42,501 nt of DNA from Candidatus Woesearchaeota archaeon. GTDB lineage: Archaea; Nanobdellota; Nanobdellia; SCGC-AAA011-G17; GW2011-AR18. Below are positions 9,124-17,731 of the stretch, piece after piece (positions within the stretch are counted from its first letter, which is position 1; every line of letters begins with the position of its first letter). Location of the stretch: the NCBI GenBank assembly GCA_018302765.1, contig JAGVZG010000008.1, positions 1 to 42,501 on the forward strand, in the 5' to 3' direction. The notes beneath the pieces were generated by a model. It searched no databases, had not been told where the DNA came from, and saw nothing but the letters and a program-made list of their open reading frames with translations. The translations under genes and the position numbers were made by a program.

Positions 9124-9816
9124 ATGGAAAATTATGATCATAACAAAGTAAATTTTAGGGAATTTATTCTTGGCGGTCAGGATGGTTTGGTAAATGTTCT
9201 TGGATTAGTTCTTGGAGTAGCAAGCGCAACATCTAGCACAAATATTGTAATTATTTCAGGAATTGTAGCTACTGTTGCAGAGAGTGTAAGTATGGCTGCT
9301 GTAGCTTATACTTCTTCTAAAGCTGCAAAAGATTATTATTATAGTATAATTAAAGAAGAGCAAACTCATGTCAGTTACAAACCAAAATTAGAAGAAAATG
9401 AAATAAAACAAATTTACTATAAAAAAGGTTTTAGAAGTAAAGAATTAAATAATATTGTTAAACATATAACATCAAATAAGAAGCTTTGGGTGGAAACTTT
9501 ATTACTAGAAAAACATAAAATATCTAAAGTCGAATTTGAAAATCCATTAAAGAGCGGGTGGATAGTTGGAATTTCTACAATAATAGGCAGTTTAATTCCT
9601 TTAACACCATTCTTCTTCTTAAATGTAAAAACAGGAATCATTACTTCTATTGTTTTTTCAGCTGCAGCATTATTTATTGTTGGAGCTATAAAAGCAAAAT
9701 TAAGCATTGGAAATTGGAAAAAAAGTGGCATGGAAATTATGACCATAGGAATAATTGCAGCCTTGCTTGGTTATGGTGTTGGATTACTATTGAAAGGTTA
9801 TGGTGTTCTTGTTTAA
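9124..9816 (+). CDS. VIT1/CCC1 family transporter
   Basis: REFILGGQDGLVNVLGLVLGV, AESVSMAA, P..S...G...IIGSLIPLTPF and a five-TM layout. Confidence 0.92.
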   Translation: MENYDHNKVNFREFILGGQDGLVNVLGLVLGVASATSSTNIVIISGIVATVAESVSMAAVAYTSSKAAKDYYYSIIKEEQTHVSYKPKLEENEIKQIYYKKGFRSKELNNIVKHITSNKKLWVETLLLEKHKISKVEFENPLKSGWIVGISTIIGSLIPLTPFFFLNVKTGIITSIVFSAAALFIVGAIKAKLSIGNWKKSGMEIMTIGIIAALLGYGVGLLLKGYGVLV

Positions 9817-9859
9817 ATTTATAGTATGCTTTTTAATATTTTCTATTATTTTCAATTTA

Positions 9860-10432
9860 ATGGTTAAAACTACTAGAGACAGAGTTGAAGATTTTCTACT
9901 TTGTTTAGGTGCTGAAATTATGCATGGCGATAAGATGCAAAGAATAGCAGGTATGTTGTTTTTTGGTAGTTATACTTATTCTGAACAATTTGCAGATATA
10001 GATATTGTTGCAGTTTTAAGTGGAGAGTTTAGAGATTTAGGAGAATTAAAAGAGAGATCCAAATATGACAGAAGGTGGCTTAAATATTTTTTAGAGGAAG
10101 CATCTAGTGGATGGAAAATTCCATATTTCCAAAATCAAGGTTATTTTGGAATATTTGAAACAAGGCCTAGAAGAATTGAAGAGGAATTAAGGCAGCTTGA
10201 AAGACAAATAAGAGTAGTTTATAAAAACTTTGCAGATGTTAACAGTATTACAATTTCTGCTAGGGAAGAAATTGGATTATTTAAGCCGCCAAGAGATTTT
10301 AGGTTTTCTTCAGAGAAACTTTTTTGGAGAGATGAATATTTAAAAAAAGAAGTAAGTGGAATGCTATTTAGAATAAATTTAGATTATGAAGAAGTAATAA
10401 GAAGTTACAATAGAGCCACAGTTATATTATAA
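9860..10432 (+). CDS. Pol-beta superfamily (MNT-like) nucleotidyltransferase domain protein
   Basis: LFFGSYTYSEQFADIDIVAV gives the GS...DxD motif; ATG at 9860 preferred to the ORF-track start at 9800, which overlaps the upstream gene. Confidence 0.65.
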   Translation: MVKTTRDRVEDFLLCLGAEIMHGDKMQRIAGMLFFGSYTYSEQFADIDIVAVLSGEFRDLGELKERSKYDRRWLKYFLEEASSGWKIPYFQNQGYFGIFETRPRRIEEELRQLERQIRVVYKNFADVNSITISAREEIGLFKPPRDFRFSSEKLFWRDEYLKKEVSGMLFRINLDYEEVIRSYNRATVIL

Positions 10433-12226
10433 ATCCAGTCCTTTTATTATTTCATCTTTATTAAATTCTTTAAGATCGCTTTCTGATTGCCCCACACCTA
10501 AAAACAATATTGGCTTGTGAGTCACAAAAGATGTAGAGATCATTGCCCCACCTTTTTCATCAACATCTGCCTTAGCTAGAATAATAGCATCAATATTTAT
10601 AGCATTATTAAATTCTTTGGCTTGCTCAACACAATCATTTCCAGTTATTGCTTCGCCCACAAATATTTTTAAGTTAGGCTTAGCTACACGTATAATTTTT
10701 TGCATTTCTCTAACAAGGTCAATATTTGAATGAAGTCTTCCTGCAGTATCAATAAGAACAACATCCATTCCATGCGCTTCAGCATATTTTATTGAGTCAA
10801 AAGCAACAGCTGCAGGATCACTACCGTAGTCATGAGCTATAACTTTAACACTTAATTTATTTCCCCATTCTTTTAATTGTTGTATTGCAGCAGCTCTGAA
10901 AGTGTCAGCAGCAGCTAATACTACTGATTTTTTATTCTTCTGCAATAAATAAGCTACTTTGGCTATTGATGTTGTTTTGCCGCTGCCATTGACTCCAACA
11001 AAACAAATAACAAAAGGTTTTTTCTCTTTGATTCTTTCTAGTAAATCAATTTTCTCAACATTAAACAAATCTTCAATGCTTTCTTTCAAGGAATTTTTTA
11101 TTTCATCTTCAACTTTGCCTCTTTTAATTGACTTTTCAACTATGGTTTTTTTCATGTCTTCTTTTATTTTTTCTACAACTTCAAAAGCAACATTGTTCTC
11201 CAGCATTGCTAATTCTAAATCATAAAATAACTCTTCAAATTTCTCTTCAGAAATTTTTGTAGTTGTTATTTTTTCTTTAATAATTCCAAAAAATCCTTTC
11301 TTCTCTTCTTTAATTTCAGGTTTTTCTTCAATAGTTTCTGTTTTTTCTTCTATTGGCTTAATCTCTTCTTCTTTTCTTGCAAATTTTTCTTTTAGTTTAG
11401 AAAAAAATCCTTTCTTCTCTTCTTTAATTTCTAAATTATTTGATATTTTATAATTCCAACCAGGTTGCCAGATTTTTTTATGTCTCCAATCTTCCTTAAT
11501 TGCCTGCTCCCAAGTTTTATTATTCAATAATACTTCAATAGCAAGTTGAGTATATTTATGGGCAACAATTGCAATATGTTTACCATAATATTTTTTATAA
11601 ATATCATTAATAAAATCTTTAATTCTTAATTCTAAATCTTTCAGAGATTCGCCATTTGGTAATGTCTTATGTATCCCATTATCATTAATAAAATCTTCAA
11701 TAATATTTTCTGGTTTGTTTGTAAAGTCTCCAACATCTAATTCACGTAGCCTTTTATCCTCTATTATTTCTTTATCTGGCCAGGTTAATTTAGCACTTTC
11801 AATAGCTCTAGGTAAGTCTGAAGTAAATATAACATCAAAACAAACATTAATTTTATTTGTAAGATCTTTTGATTGTTGTTTTCCCAATTTTGAAAGACTG
11901 ATTTTACTTTGCCCAGAAAAAATACCTTTTTCATTATCAGGTGTTGTTCCATGAGCAAAATAAATAATTTTTACACCAACTATCTTTTCAGGCTCTTTAG
12001 CAATTTCTTCTTCAGGAGTAAGATCTTCAGGTTTGTGCTTATGTTCTTCTTCAATAAATTCAAATTTCTTTTTACTCTTTACTTTTTCAGATTTTTTCTT
12101 ATATTTTGGCTTTTCTTCTTTAACTTTAGTTTCTACTTCTATTTCTTCTTTAGGCGCCTCTTCCTCTACTTTCCTTGAAATCTTGGAGATTGCACTTTTT
12201 AGTTTTTCTTTTAAAAATCCAAACAT
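10427..12226 (-). CDS. ftsY: SRP receptor FtsY with inserted histidine phosphatase domain
   Basis: MFGFLKEKLK start, GVNGSGKTTSIAK, DTFRAAA, DTAGR, KADVDEKGG; residues ~85-265 carry YFAHGTT...TSDLPRAIESA...LRELDVG...PNGES...IVAH. Confidence 0.95.
   Translation of the reverse strand: MFGFLKEKLKSAISKISRKVEEEAPKEEIEVETKVKEEKPKYKKKSEKVKSKKKFEFIEEEHKHKPEDLTPEEEIAKEPEKIVGVKIIYFAHGTTPDNEKGIFSGQSKISLSKLGKQQSKDLTNKINVCFDVIFTSDLPRAIESAKLTWPDKEIIEDKRLRELDVGDFTNKPENIIEDFINDNGIHKTLPNGESLKDLELRIKDFINDIYKKYYGKHIAIVAHKYTQLAIEVLLNNKTWEQAIKEDWRHKKIWQPGWNYKISNNLEIKEEKKGFFSKLKEKFARKEEEIKPIEEKTETIEEKPEIKEEKKGFFGIIKEKITTTKISEEKFEELFYDLELAMLENNVAFEVVEKIKEDMKKTIVEKSIKRGKVEDEIKNSLKESIEDLFNVEKIDLLERIKEKKPFVICFVGVNGSGKTTSIAKVAYLLQKNKKSVVLAAADTFRAAAIQQLKEWGNKLSVKVIAHDYGSDPAAVAFDSIKYAEAHGMDVVLIDTAGRLHSNIDLVREMQKIIRVAKPNLKIFVGEAITGNDCVEQAKEFNNAINIDAIILAKADVDEKGGAMISTSFVTHKPILFLGVGQSESDLKEFNKDEIIKGLDL
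11288..11431. repeat. Perfect 30-bp direct repeat within ftsY (11288-11317 and 11402-11431)
   Basis: AAAAAATCCTTTCTTCTCTTCTTTAATTTC occurs twice with a 114-nt period; both copies encode EIKEEKKGFF. Confidence 0.9.
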
Positions 12227-12262
12227 AAGCTTACAAAACTATAAATCTTTAAAAGTCTTTTG

Positions 12263-13261
12263 TTACGCATTTAGGACAAAATTATTGTACTCTACACTTA
12301 ATTTCTTGATTAACATTGTAGCATAACTTCCTTTAGGTAAAAAGAATTTCAATTCAACTTTAAATCTTCCTTCATTCAATTCGTCATCGTCCCAGTAACA
12401 TTTAATGTTTTTTACATCTATAAAAGCATCCCTATATTTGCTTTCAGTAACTAATTCAGGAATTTCTTTTATTATGAAATCTTCTCTTTTTATTTCTTCT
12501 TCATTCATTATGTTATCAATAACTTTATTTTTCTCAATGTCAAAGTTTATAATTGGGATTCTAAAATTCCTAATTTTAGAAGTTGTAAATACTAACTCGT
12601 CAATAGATATATCAAATTTATGTATTTTTTTCTCTTTTTTTAAAATTTTGCTTAAAGTTTTATTCCATAGGTAAGATTGATAGCTGGAAATATAAAATCT
12701 TAACAACCTTATCTGCTGCTGTTTTATTGCACCAATGCAATCATTGTTTTTAACTTCTAAATTTAGTAAACCACAAGCCAATTTAAAATCCCTTTTCAAT
12801 ATTGCTTTTCCAACTAAGTGTGTATTGAATTTATTTCCAAATCTTTGTTCATCAAAATAGTTTTCCAATTTTAAACTATTAGGAATTTTAATTTTTTTAT
12901 CTAAATCCCTTACAACAACTTTGAAATTATTACCTTTAAGATCACCTAAATTTATCCTGTTAACAGAATATCCTAAAAATTCTAGTTTTGCCCCGTTTAT
13001 TTTTATTTTTTCAATCTTTTCCTTTGGAATTTTATATATGGAAATACATTGTGTTGTTACTGCATTTCTATCTTTATTTCCTGCAAAGCCAATAAACCTA
13101 GTTTTAGTTTTAAGAGCTTTGGCCAATGCATTAATTATTTTAAAAGATTCCCATTCTCTTTTAGTTAATTTCCAAATTGAATAATCAGAACTTTTTTTAT
13201 TTAGATTTAAGTCTATAACCTCTTCTACTATAAAATCTTCTGGAATTTGTTTTAATTTCAT
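12263..13261 (-). CDS. truD: tRNA pseudouridine(13) synthase TruD
   Basis: KQIPEDFIVEE, FAGNKDRNAVTTQ, LKGNNF, NYFDEQRFG, FFLPKGSYAT. Confidence 0.95.
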   Translation of the reverse strand: MKLKQIPEDFIVEEVIDLNLNKKSSDYSIWKLTKREWESFKIINALAKALKTKTRFIGFAGNKDRNAVTTQCISIYKIPKEKIEKIKINGAKLEFLGYSVNRINLGDLKGNNFKVVVRDLDKKIKIPNSLKLENYFDEQRFGNKFNTHLVGKAILKRDFKLACGLLNLEVKNNDCIGAIKQQQIRLLRFYISSYQSYLWNKTLSKILKKEKKIHKFDISIDELVFTTSKIRNFRIPIINFDIEKNKVIDNIMNEEEIKREDFIIKEIPELVTESKYRDAFIDVKNIKCYWDDDELNEGRFKVELKFFLPKGSYATMLIKKLSVEYNNFVLNA

Positions 13262-13311
13262 AACAATTAGAGTTCAATAATACATATAAAACTATTTCAG
13301 TTTTGACATTT

Positions 13312-13818
13312 ATGGAAAATGTAGTTGAAATGAGCTGGAGAGAACTTAATTATATATTTATATTTATTAAATATCAAAAAGCAGGATGTAAAATTTGGTC
13401 TTATTTAAGAAAATACCCAATAAGTAGAAATGATATCAATGCTTTAAAGAGAGAAGGGTGGAGATTCAGTATTGAAGATATATCTGATTATGGTTTAATA
13501 AATGAAAAACAACGACAAATATTATTAAGAAGAGGTTTGAGTGGTTATCAAAGAGATGTCACAGTCTTTCATGAATTTTCCCACATATTTTATGATTATA
13601 TAGCAGGTTCTGCATTTAATAAAAGCGAGAAAGAAATAATTGCAGAATGGACTGCCAGAAGGACAAGAAGAAACCATAAGTTATTAAGACACGCAATAAG
13701 ATCTTTTGGCCTGGAACCGAGTATATATGATGCATCAAGTTATAAAGCATTTAGTAGAAATAGCTTCGCAGATTTGGAATATAAATTTAAGGTAAATATG
13801 ATGGGAAATATGAGTTGA
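13312..13818 (+). CDS. HExxH zinc metallopeptidase-like protein (ImmA/IrrE-like), paralogue 1
   Basis: RDVTVFHEFSHIFY...EIIAEWTAR; ATG at 13312. Confidence 0.6.
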   Translation: MENVVEMSWRELNYIFIFIKYQKAGCKIWSYLRKYPISRNDINALKREGWRFSIEDISDYGLINEKQRQILLRRGLSGYQRDVTVFHEFSHIFYDYIAGSAFNKSEKEIIAEWTARRTRRNHKLLRHAIRSFGLEPSIYDASSYKAFSRNSFADLEYKFKVNMMGNMS

Positions 13819-13821
13819 CAG

Positions 13822-14358
13822 ATGACAAAAGCATGTCGTGCTAACTGGAAATATATAAATGGTTATGTTTGGAGAAGAATGAGGATTTATTCTGACGTAG
13901 GAATTTGGACTTTAATAGAAGACAATAAATTAGCGGAAAATTTGATAAGTAATATTATAGATCAGGGCTGGGCTGTAGTGGAAAAACCTTTGAAATCAGA
14001 TGGATTTCATCTAAGAAGTATTAAAAGAATTATAATTAATGATAAATTAGGCTATTATGATAGGGACATAACTTTATTTCATGAATTAGTGCATATATTT
14101 TATGGCGATAAAGTAAAAGATGAAATAGTAGTAGAATGGATTGCTAGAAAAATTCGTGCACATCCCCAAATATTAAGGCAGGCAATAAGAAAATTTGGAT
14201 TAGAAGAAAAAATATATGACAAACCAAGTTATCAAGCTTTCAGCGTATATGAATGTAATTTAGACAGACAACTTGAATTTGATTTTGCAAAAGGTTATTT
14301 TGAAAGATTTAAAGTAACAATTATGGATGGTATGTATTCGAAAGTTAAAAAACTTTAA
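13822..14358 (+). CDS. HExxH zinc metallopeptidase-like protein (ImmA/IrrE-like), paralogue 2
   Basis: RDITLFHELVHIFY...EIVVEWIAR; shares LR.AIR.FGLE..IYD..SY.AFS with the upstream gene. Confidence 0.6.
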   Translation: MTKACRANWKYINGYVWRRMRIYSDVGIWTLIEDNKLAENLISNIIDQGWAVVEKPLKSDGFHLRSIKRIIINDKLGYYDRDITLFHELVHIFYGDKVKDEIVVEWIARKIRAHPQILRQAIRKFGLEEKIYDKPSYQAFSVYECNLDRQLEFDFAKGYFERFKVTIMDGMYSKVKKL

Positions 14359-14382
14359 ATACTAAACTGATTTAAATTTTAT

Positions 14383-15639
14383 ATGGTGAAAATATTTGTT
14401 ATTCTAGATGGTATTGGTGATAAATCTTGTAAAGTATTAGATGGTGCAACTCCTCTAGAAGCTGCAAAAACTAAGAATTTAGATTATTTCGCTTCTAAAA
14501 GCAATGGAGGTTATGTTTATACAGTTAACGAACAAATTGCTCCTGAAAGTGATGAGGCAATTCTAGCATTATTAGGCTATGATCCTCATAAATATTATTA
14601 CGGAAGAGGTCCTTTGGAAGCCTATGGTGCAGGAATGAAATTCAAAGATGGTTATTTAGCACTAAGAACAAATTTTTCAACAGTTAAAGATGGAAAACTG
14701 ATTGATAGGAGGGTTGGCAGAAGTTTAACAACAAGAGAATCTAGAGAATTAGCAAAAGAGATCAATGAAAAAGTAAAATTAGATGTTCCATTTGAATTCA
14801 AAGCTACAGTAGGACACAGAGGAGTTTTAATCTTTAAAGGAGATTTCTCAGATAATATTAGTAACGTAGATCCTGCTTATAAGAAAGTGGGTAGATTTGG
14901 GGTTGCTATGGCTGGGAATTTAGATAGATTACAAGAATGTAAGCCTTTAGATCCAGATAAAAAAACAAAATTATCTGCAAATTTAGTTAATGAGTTTGTT
15001 AAAAAAAGTTATGAAGTACTAAATAAAGATTTAATAAATGAAAAAAGAAATAAAAAATATTTACTTGCAGCAAATATAATAGTTCCAAGAGATGCAGGAA
15101 TTATATTACCAGAATTACCAAAGATGAAAGGTTGGGGTGCAGTAGTTTCAATGCCTTTAGAATTAGGAATAACTAAACTAGCTGGGATGGGTGTTTTAAA
15201 GTTTGATTATCCAGAAATGAAATCAACAAATGTTTATGATCATTTATTCAAAGGTTTAAAGAAAACAATAGACGAAAGTATTAAAGCAATAAAAGAAAGA
15301 AAATATGATAAATATTTTATCCATTTTAAAGAAATAGATATTCCAGGCCATGATAACAAACCTTTGGAAAAAAAGAAAATGATTGAAATTATAGATAAGA
15401 GATTTTTTAAATTTTTAAGAAAAAAAGTAGATGATTTAGAATTAGTTGTAACAGGAGATCATTCTAGCCCGTGTGAATTAAATGCACATTCTGCAGATCC
15501 AGTTCCTTTAATTCATTATAATCCTAAAATACAAAAAAATGATGATGTTCAGAGATTTACAGAGCATGAATGCATAGAAAATGGTTCTTATGGTAAGTTA
15601 ATGGGAAAAAACATTTTGAAAACTTTTGGGTTTATTTAA
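14383..15639 (+). CDS. apgM: 2,3-bisphosphoglycerate-independent phosphoglycerate mutase (archaeal type)
   Basis: ILDGIGD, TPLEAAKT, PESDEAILALLGYDP, GRGPLEA, HFKEIDIPGHD, TGDHSSP, HSADPVP. Confidence 0.93.
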   Translation: MVKIFVILDGIGDKSCKVLDGATPLEAAKTKNLDYFASKSNGGYVYTVNEQIAPESDEAILALLGYDPHKYYYGRGPLEAYGAGMKFKDGYLALRTNFSTVKDGKLIDRRVGRSLTTRESRELAKEINEKVKLDVPFEFKATVGHRGVLIFKGDFSDNISNVDPAYKKVGRFGVAMAGNLDRLQECKPLDPDKKTKLSANLVNEFVKKSYEVLNKDLINEKRNKKYLLAANIIVPRDAGIILPELPKMKGWGAVVSMPLELGITKLAGMGVLKFDYPEMKSTNVYDHLFKGLKKTIDESIKAIKERKYDKYFIHFKEIDIPGHDNKPLEKKKMIEIIDKRFFKFLRKKVDDLELVVTGDHSSPCELNAHSADPVPLIHYNPKIQKNDDVQRFTEHECIENGSYGKLMGKNILKTFGFI

Positions 15640-15696
15640 TTACTATTAAGTAACAACAATAGAAACATTTATAAATTCCAACTAATATCTAAATGC

Positions 15697-16449
15697 ATGA
15701 AAGCTGAATTTGAAGGTAGACTACTAATTGAAGTACCTAAAGATACTCCTAAAATAGGTTTTCTAGAAGGAGATTTTGGAAGAGAATTTCTAGCAGAATA
15801 TAATGGAAGAGCAAGTAAATATGGAAATAATTCTAGTTTAGGAGTATTAAGTATTCAAGATGGTTTAGTAAAAGGTTCTAATCCTTTTACAGTTGTTCTA
15901 GCTAATGAAGTATTAGCTAAAGAAAAATTAAGAACTGCAACACAAGCAGATCTTGAAAAAGCATTGAAATTAAGAGTTTTAGAATTAAGAGGAACTTATG
16001 AAGATACAGGTTTAGTTTTAAGAAGTGAAGGAAATCCAAATAGTTATCTTGCAAGAGACCTAACAAAACAATTAAGAGCAAGAAATATAAAGTTTGAATA
16101 TCCAGTTTTACTCAATTTAACAGACTTATCATTAAAAGTGGACCAAGATTCAGATTATGGTTTAGCATTTAATTTAAAAGATGAAGCAGTTCCAGTTTAC
16201 GTTCCAGTTTTAAATAGTCTTAATGGTTCTAGATTTAATTTTTCTGATGTAAATGAAGCTACAGGATTGCCTCAGCAATTGAAAAAAGAAGGCGAAAGAT
16301 ACTTATTTACAAGAAATTCTGGCCTGTCTAGGTTATACTTGGACGGGGACCTGAATTTGGACTCGTACAATGATCTATTTGATAGCTCGAATTCTGGCGG
16401 TCGGATCGTCGTCGTAAGTGGCTTAGCCACGCAAAAATTTTCTGAGTAA
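15697..16449 (+). CDS. Probable DGR variable-protein family member (C-type lectin-fold candidate)
   Basis: C-terminus GLSRLYLDGDLNLDSYNDLFDSSNSGGRIVVVSGLATQKF with alternating fixed and NNC/NNT codons, GC jump and 3' hairpin; paralogue at 31191-31927. Confidence 0.6.
   Translation: MKAEFEGRLLIEVPKDTPKIGFLEGDFGREFLAEYNGRASKYGNNSSLGVLSIQDGLVKGSNPFTVVLANEVLAKEKLRTATQADLEKALKLRVLELRGTYEDTGLVLRSEGNPNSYLARDLTKQLRARNIKFEYPVLLNLTDLSLKVDQDSDYGLAFNLKDEAVPVYVPVLNSLNGSRFNFSDVNEATGLPQQLKKEGERYLFTRNSGLSRLYLDGDLNLDSYNDLFDSSNSGGRIVVVSGLATQKFSE
16321..16430 (+). other. DGR variable-region-like segment with 3' hairpin GTGGC-TTA-GCCAC (16418-16430)
   Basis: Hand count 55/110 GC (50%) versus ~30% in a mid-gene sample; AAC/AAT-derivable codons TAC, GAC, GAC, GAC, TAC, AGC, TCT, GGC; perfect 5-bp stem with 3-nt loop. 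Confidence 0.55.
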
Positions 16450-16512
16450 GTTTTAACTTATATTTACTTTAGAACATAAACATTTAAATTTAAGATTTTT
16501 ATCATAATTTCT

Positions 16513-17124
16513 ATGTCAGATGATGCTATAATAACTTATGAGAAATTGTATGAAGTTCTAAGATTGGAAAAATACAAAAAAGAGCTGCAGAAAATAGATT
16601 CAGATTTCTTCCCCAAAGTAATAAAATATTTAGAAGAGAAAAAAGCAATATTGCAGGCTCAAGAAAGTAAAGACAGCGTATTTGCTTCTCAAAGTGTTGC
16701 TAAAACAAAAAGACAATTAGAAAATACAAAAATGATACTCAAGGAATTGTATGAAAGAAGGGAAGGAAAAATTATCCAGATGGCTTTATTTAATTCAAGA
16801 ACAAATGTAGACTTGCAAGAAACTGATTCATTGCTTGGAGAGGAAGTTAATTTTTACAATTCCTTGGTCGATTTATTTAACATTTATAGGGAAGGGATAT
16901 TAAATAGTTTATTGAGTGCTAAAATTCCACAATTAAAGGAATTTAAATCCCAAATAAACAATCAAGAAAAAATAGGTAAAGTACTAAAATTCTTGCACCC
17001 TGTTCCGCAATTTATAGGCGATGATATGCAGATTTATGGGCCATTTGAACCAGAAGATATAGCAAACCTTCCAGTAAAGGTTTCAGAGCTATTAATAAAA
17101 AATAATAGGGCTGAAGAAATTTAA
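16513..17124 (+). CDS. DNA replication complex GINS family protein (Gins15-like)
   Basis: ITYEKLYEVLRLEK...LQKIDSDFF, LYERREGKII, C-terminal VPQFIGDDMQIYGPF; typical position upstream of rpl44e. Confidence 0.85.
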   Translation: MSDDAIITYEKLYEVLRLEKYKKELQKIDSDFFPKVIKYLEEKKAILQAQESKDSVFASQSVAKTKRQLENTKMILKELYERREGKIIQMALFNSRTNVDLQETDSLLGEEVNFYNSLVDLFNIYREGILNSLLSAKIPQLKEFKSQINNQEKIGKVLKFLHPVPQFIGDDMQIYGPFEPEDIANLPVKVSELLIKNNRAEEI

Positions 17125-17137
17125 AAAGCTTTATAAA
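17123..17137 (+). promoter_or_regulatory. Archaeal BRE/TATA-like promoter of the rpl44e operon
   Basis: AAAAAGC-TTTATAAA ends 22 nt before the ATG at 17160; similar AAANNTTTATAAA boxes precede many genes in the window. Confidence 0.55.
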
Positions 17138-17159
17138 TCTCATCTAATTTTGCAATCGC

Positions 17160-17474
17160 ATGAAGTTACCAAAAATAACAAAACGTTACTGTCCTAAATG
17201 CAAGAAAGCTACAGAGCAAAAAATAGAGTTCTATAAAAGTGGTGGTAAAAGAAGTTCTCTAACTCATGGTTCTATTGAAAGAGCAATGAAAAGAGGACAA
17301 GGTAGAGGGGTTGGAAACAAAGGCAAATGGGGAAGTAAACCTCCAATAACTAAATGGAAAAGAACAGGAGCTAAGTCAAGTAAAAAGTCAACAATAAAAT
17401 ATACTTGCAAGGTTTGTAATAAGTCAACACAACAGAATAAAGGTTTCAGAGCCAAAAAATTGGAGTTCAAGTAA
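17160..17474 (+). CDS. rpl44e: 50S ribosomal protein L44e (eL42)
   Basis: MKLPKITKRYCPKCKK...CKVCNKS...GFRAKKLEF; synteny. Confidence 0.95.
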   Translation: MKLPKITKRYCPKCKKATEQKIEFYKSGGKRSSLTHGSIERAMKRGQGRGVGNKGKWGSKPPITKWKRTGAKSSKKSTIKYTCKVCNKSTQQNKGFRAKKLEFK

Positions 17475-17476
17475 AA

Positions 17477-17662
17477 ATGAAAGCAAGAAAAGAAGTTAAA
17501 ACATCGTTTATTAGAGTTAGATGCAATAAGTGCAAGAATGAACAGAATATATTCAGTACAGTATCAACAAAAGTACATTGTTTGGTATGTAGTGAAGTTC
17601 TTGCAGAACCAACAGGCGGCAAAAGTAAAATCCATGCAAAAGCCCTAGAGAATTTATCATAA
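17477..17662 (+). CDS. rps27e: 30S ribosomal protein S27e
   Basis: FIRVRCNKCKNEQNIFS...CLVCSEVLAEPTGGK. Confidence 0.96.
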   Translation: MKARKEVKTSFIRVRCNKCKNEQNIFSTVSTKVHCLVCSEVLAEPTGGKSKIHAKALENLS

Positions 17663-17731
17663 ATTAAAAAATAAAATTCTTCAATTAGCAAACTTAGTAA
17701 CACTTATAAATATTAACTTAATTTTAATTCT

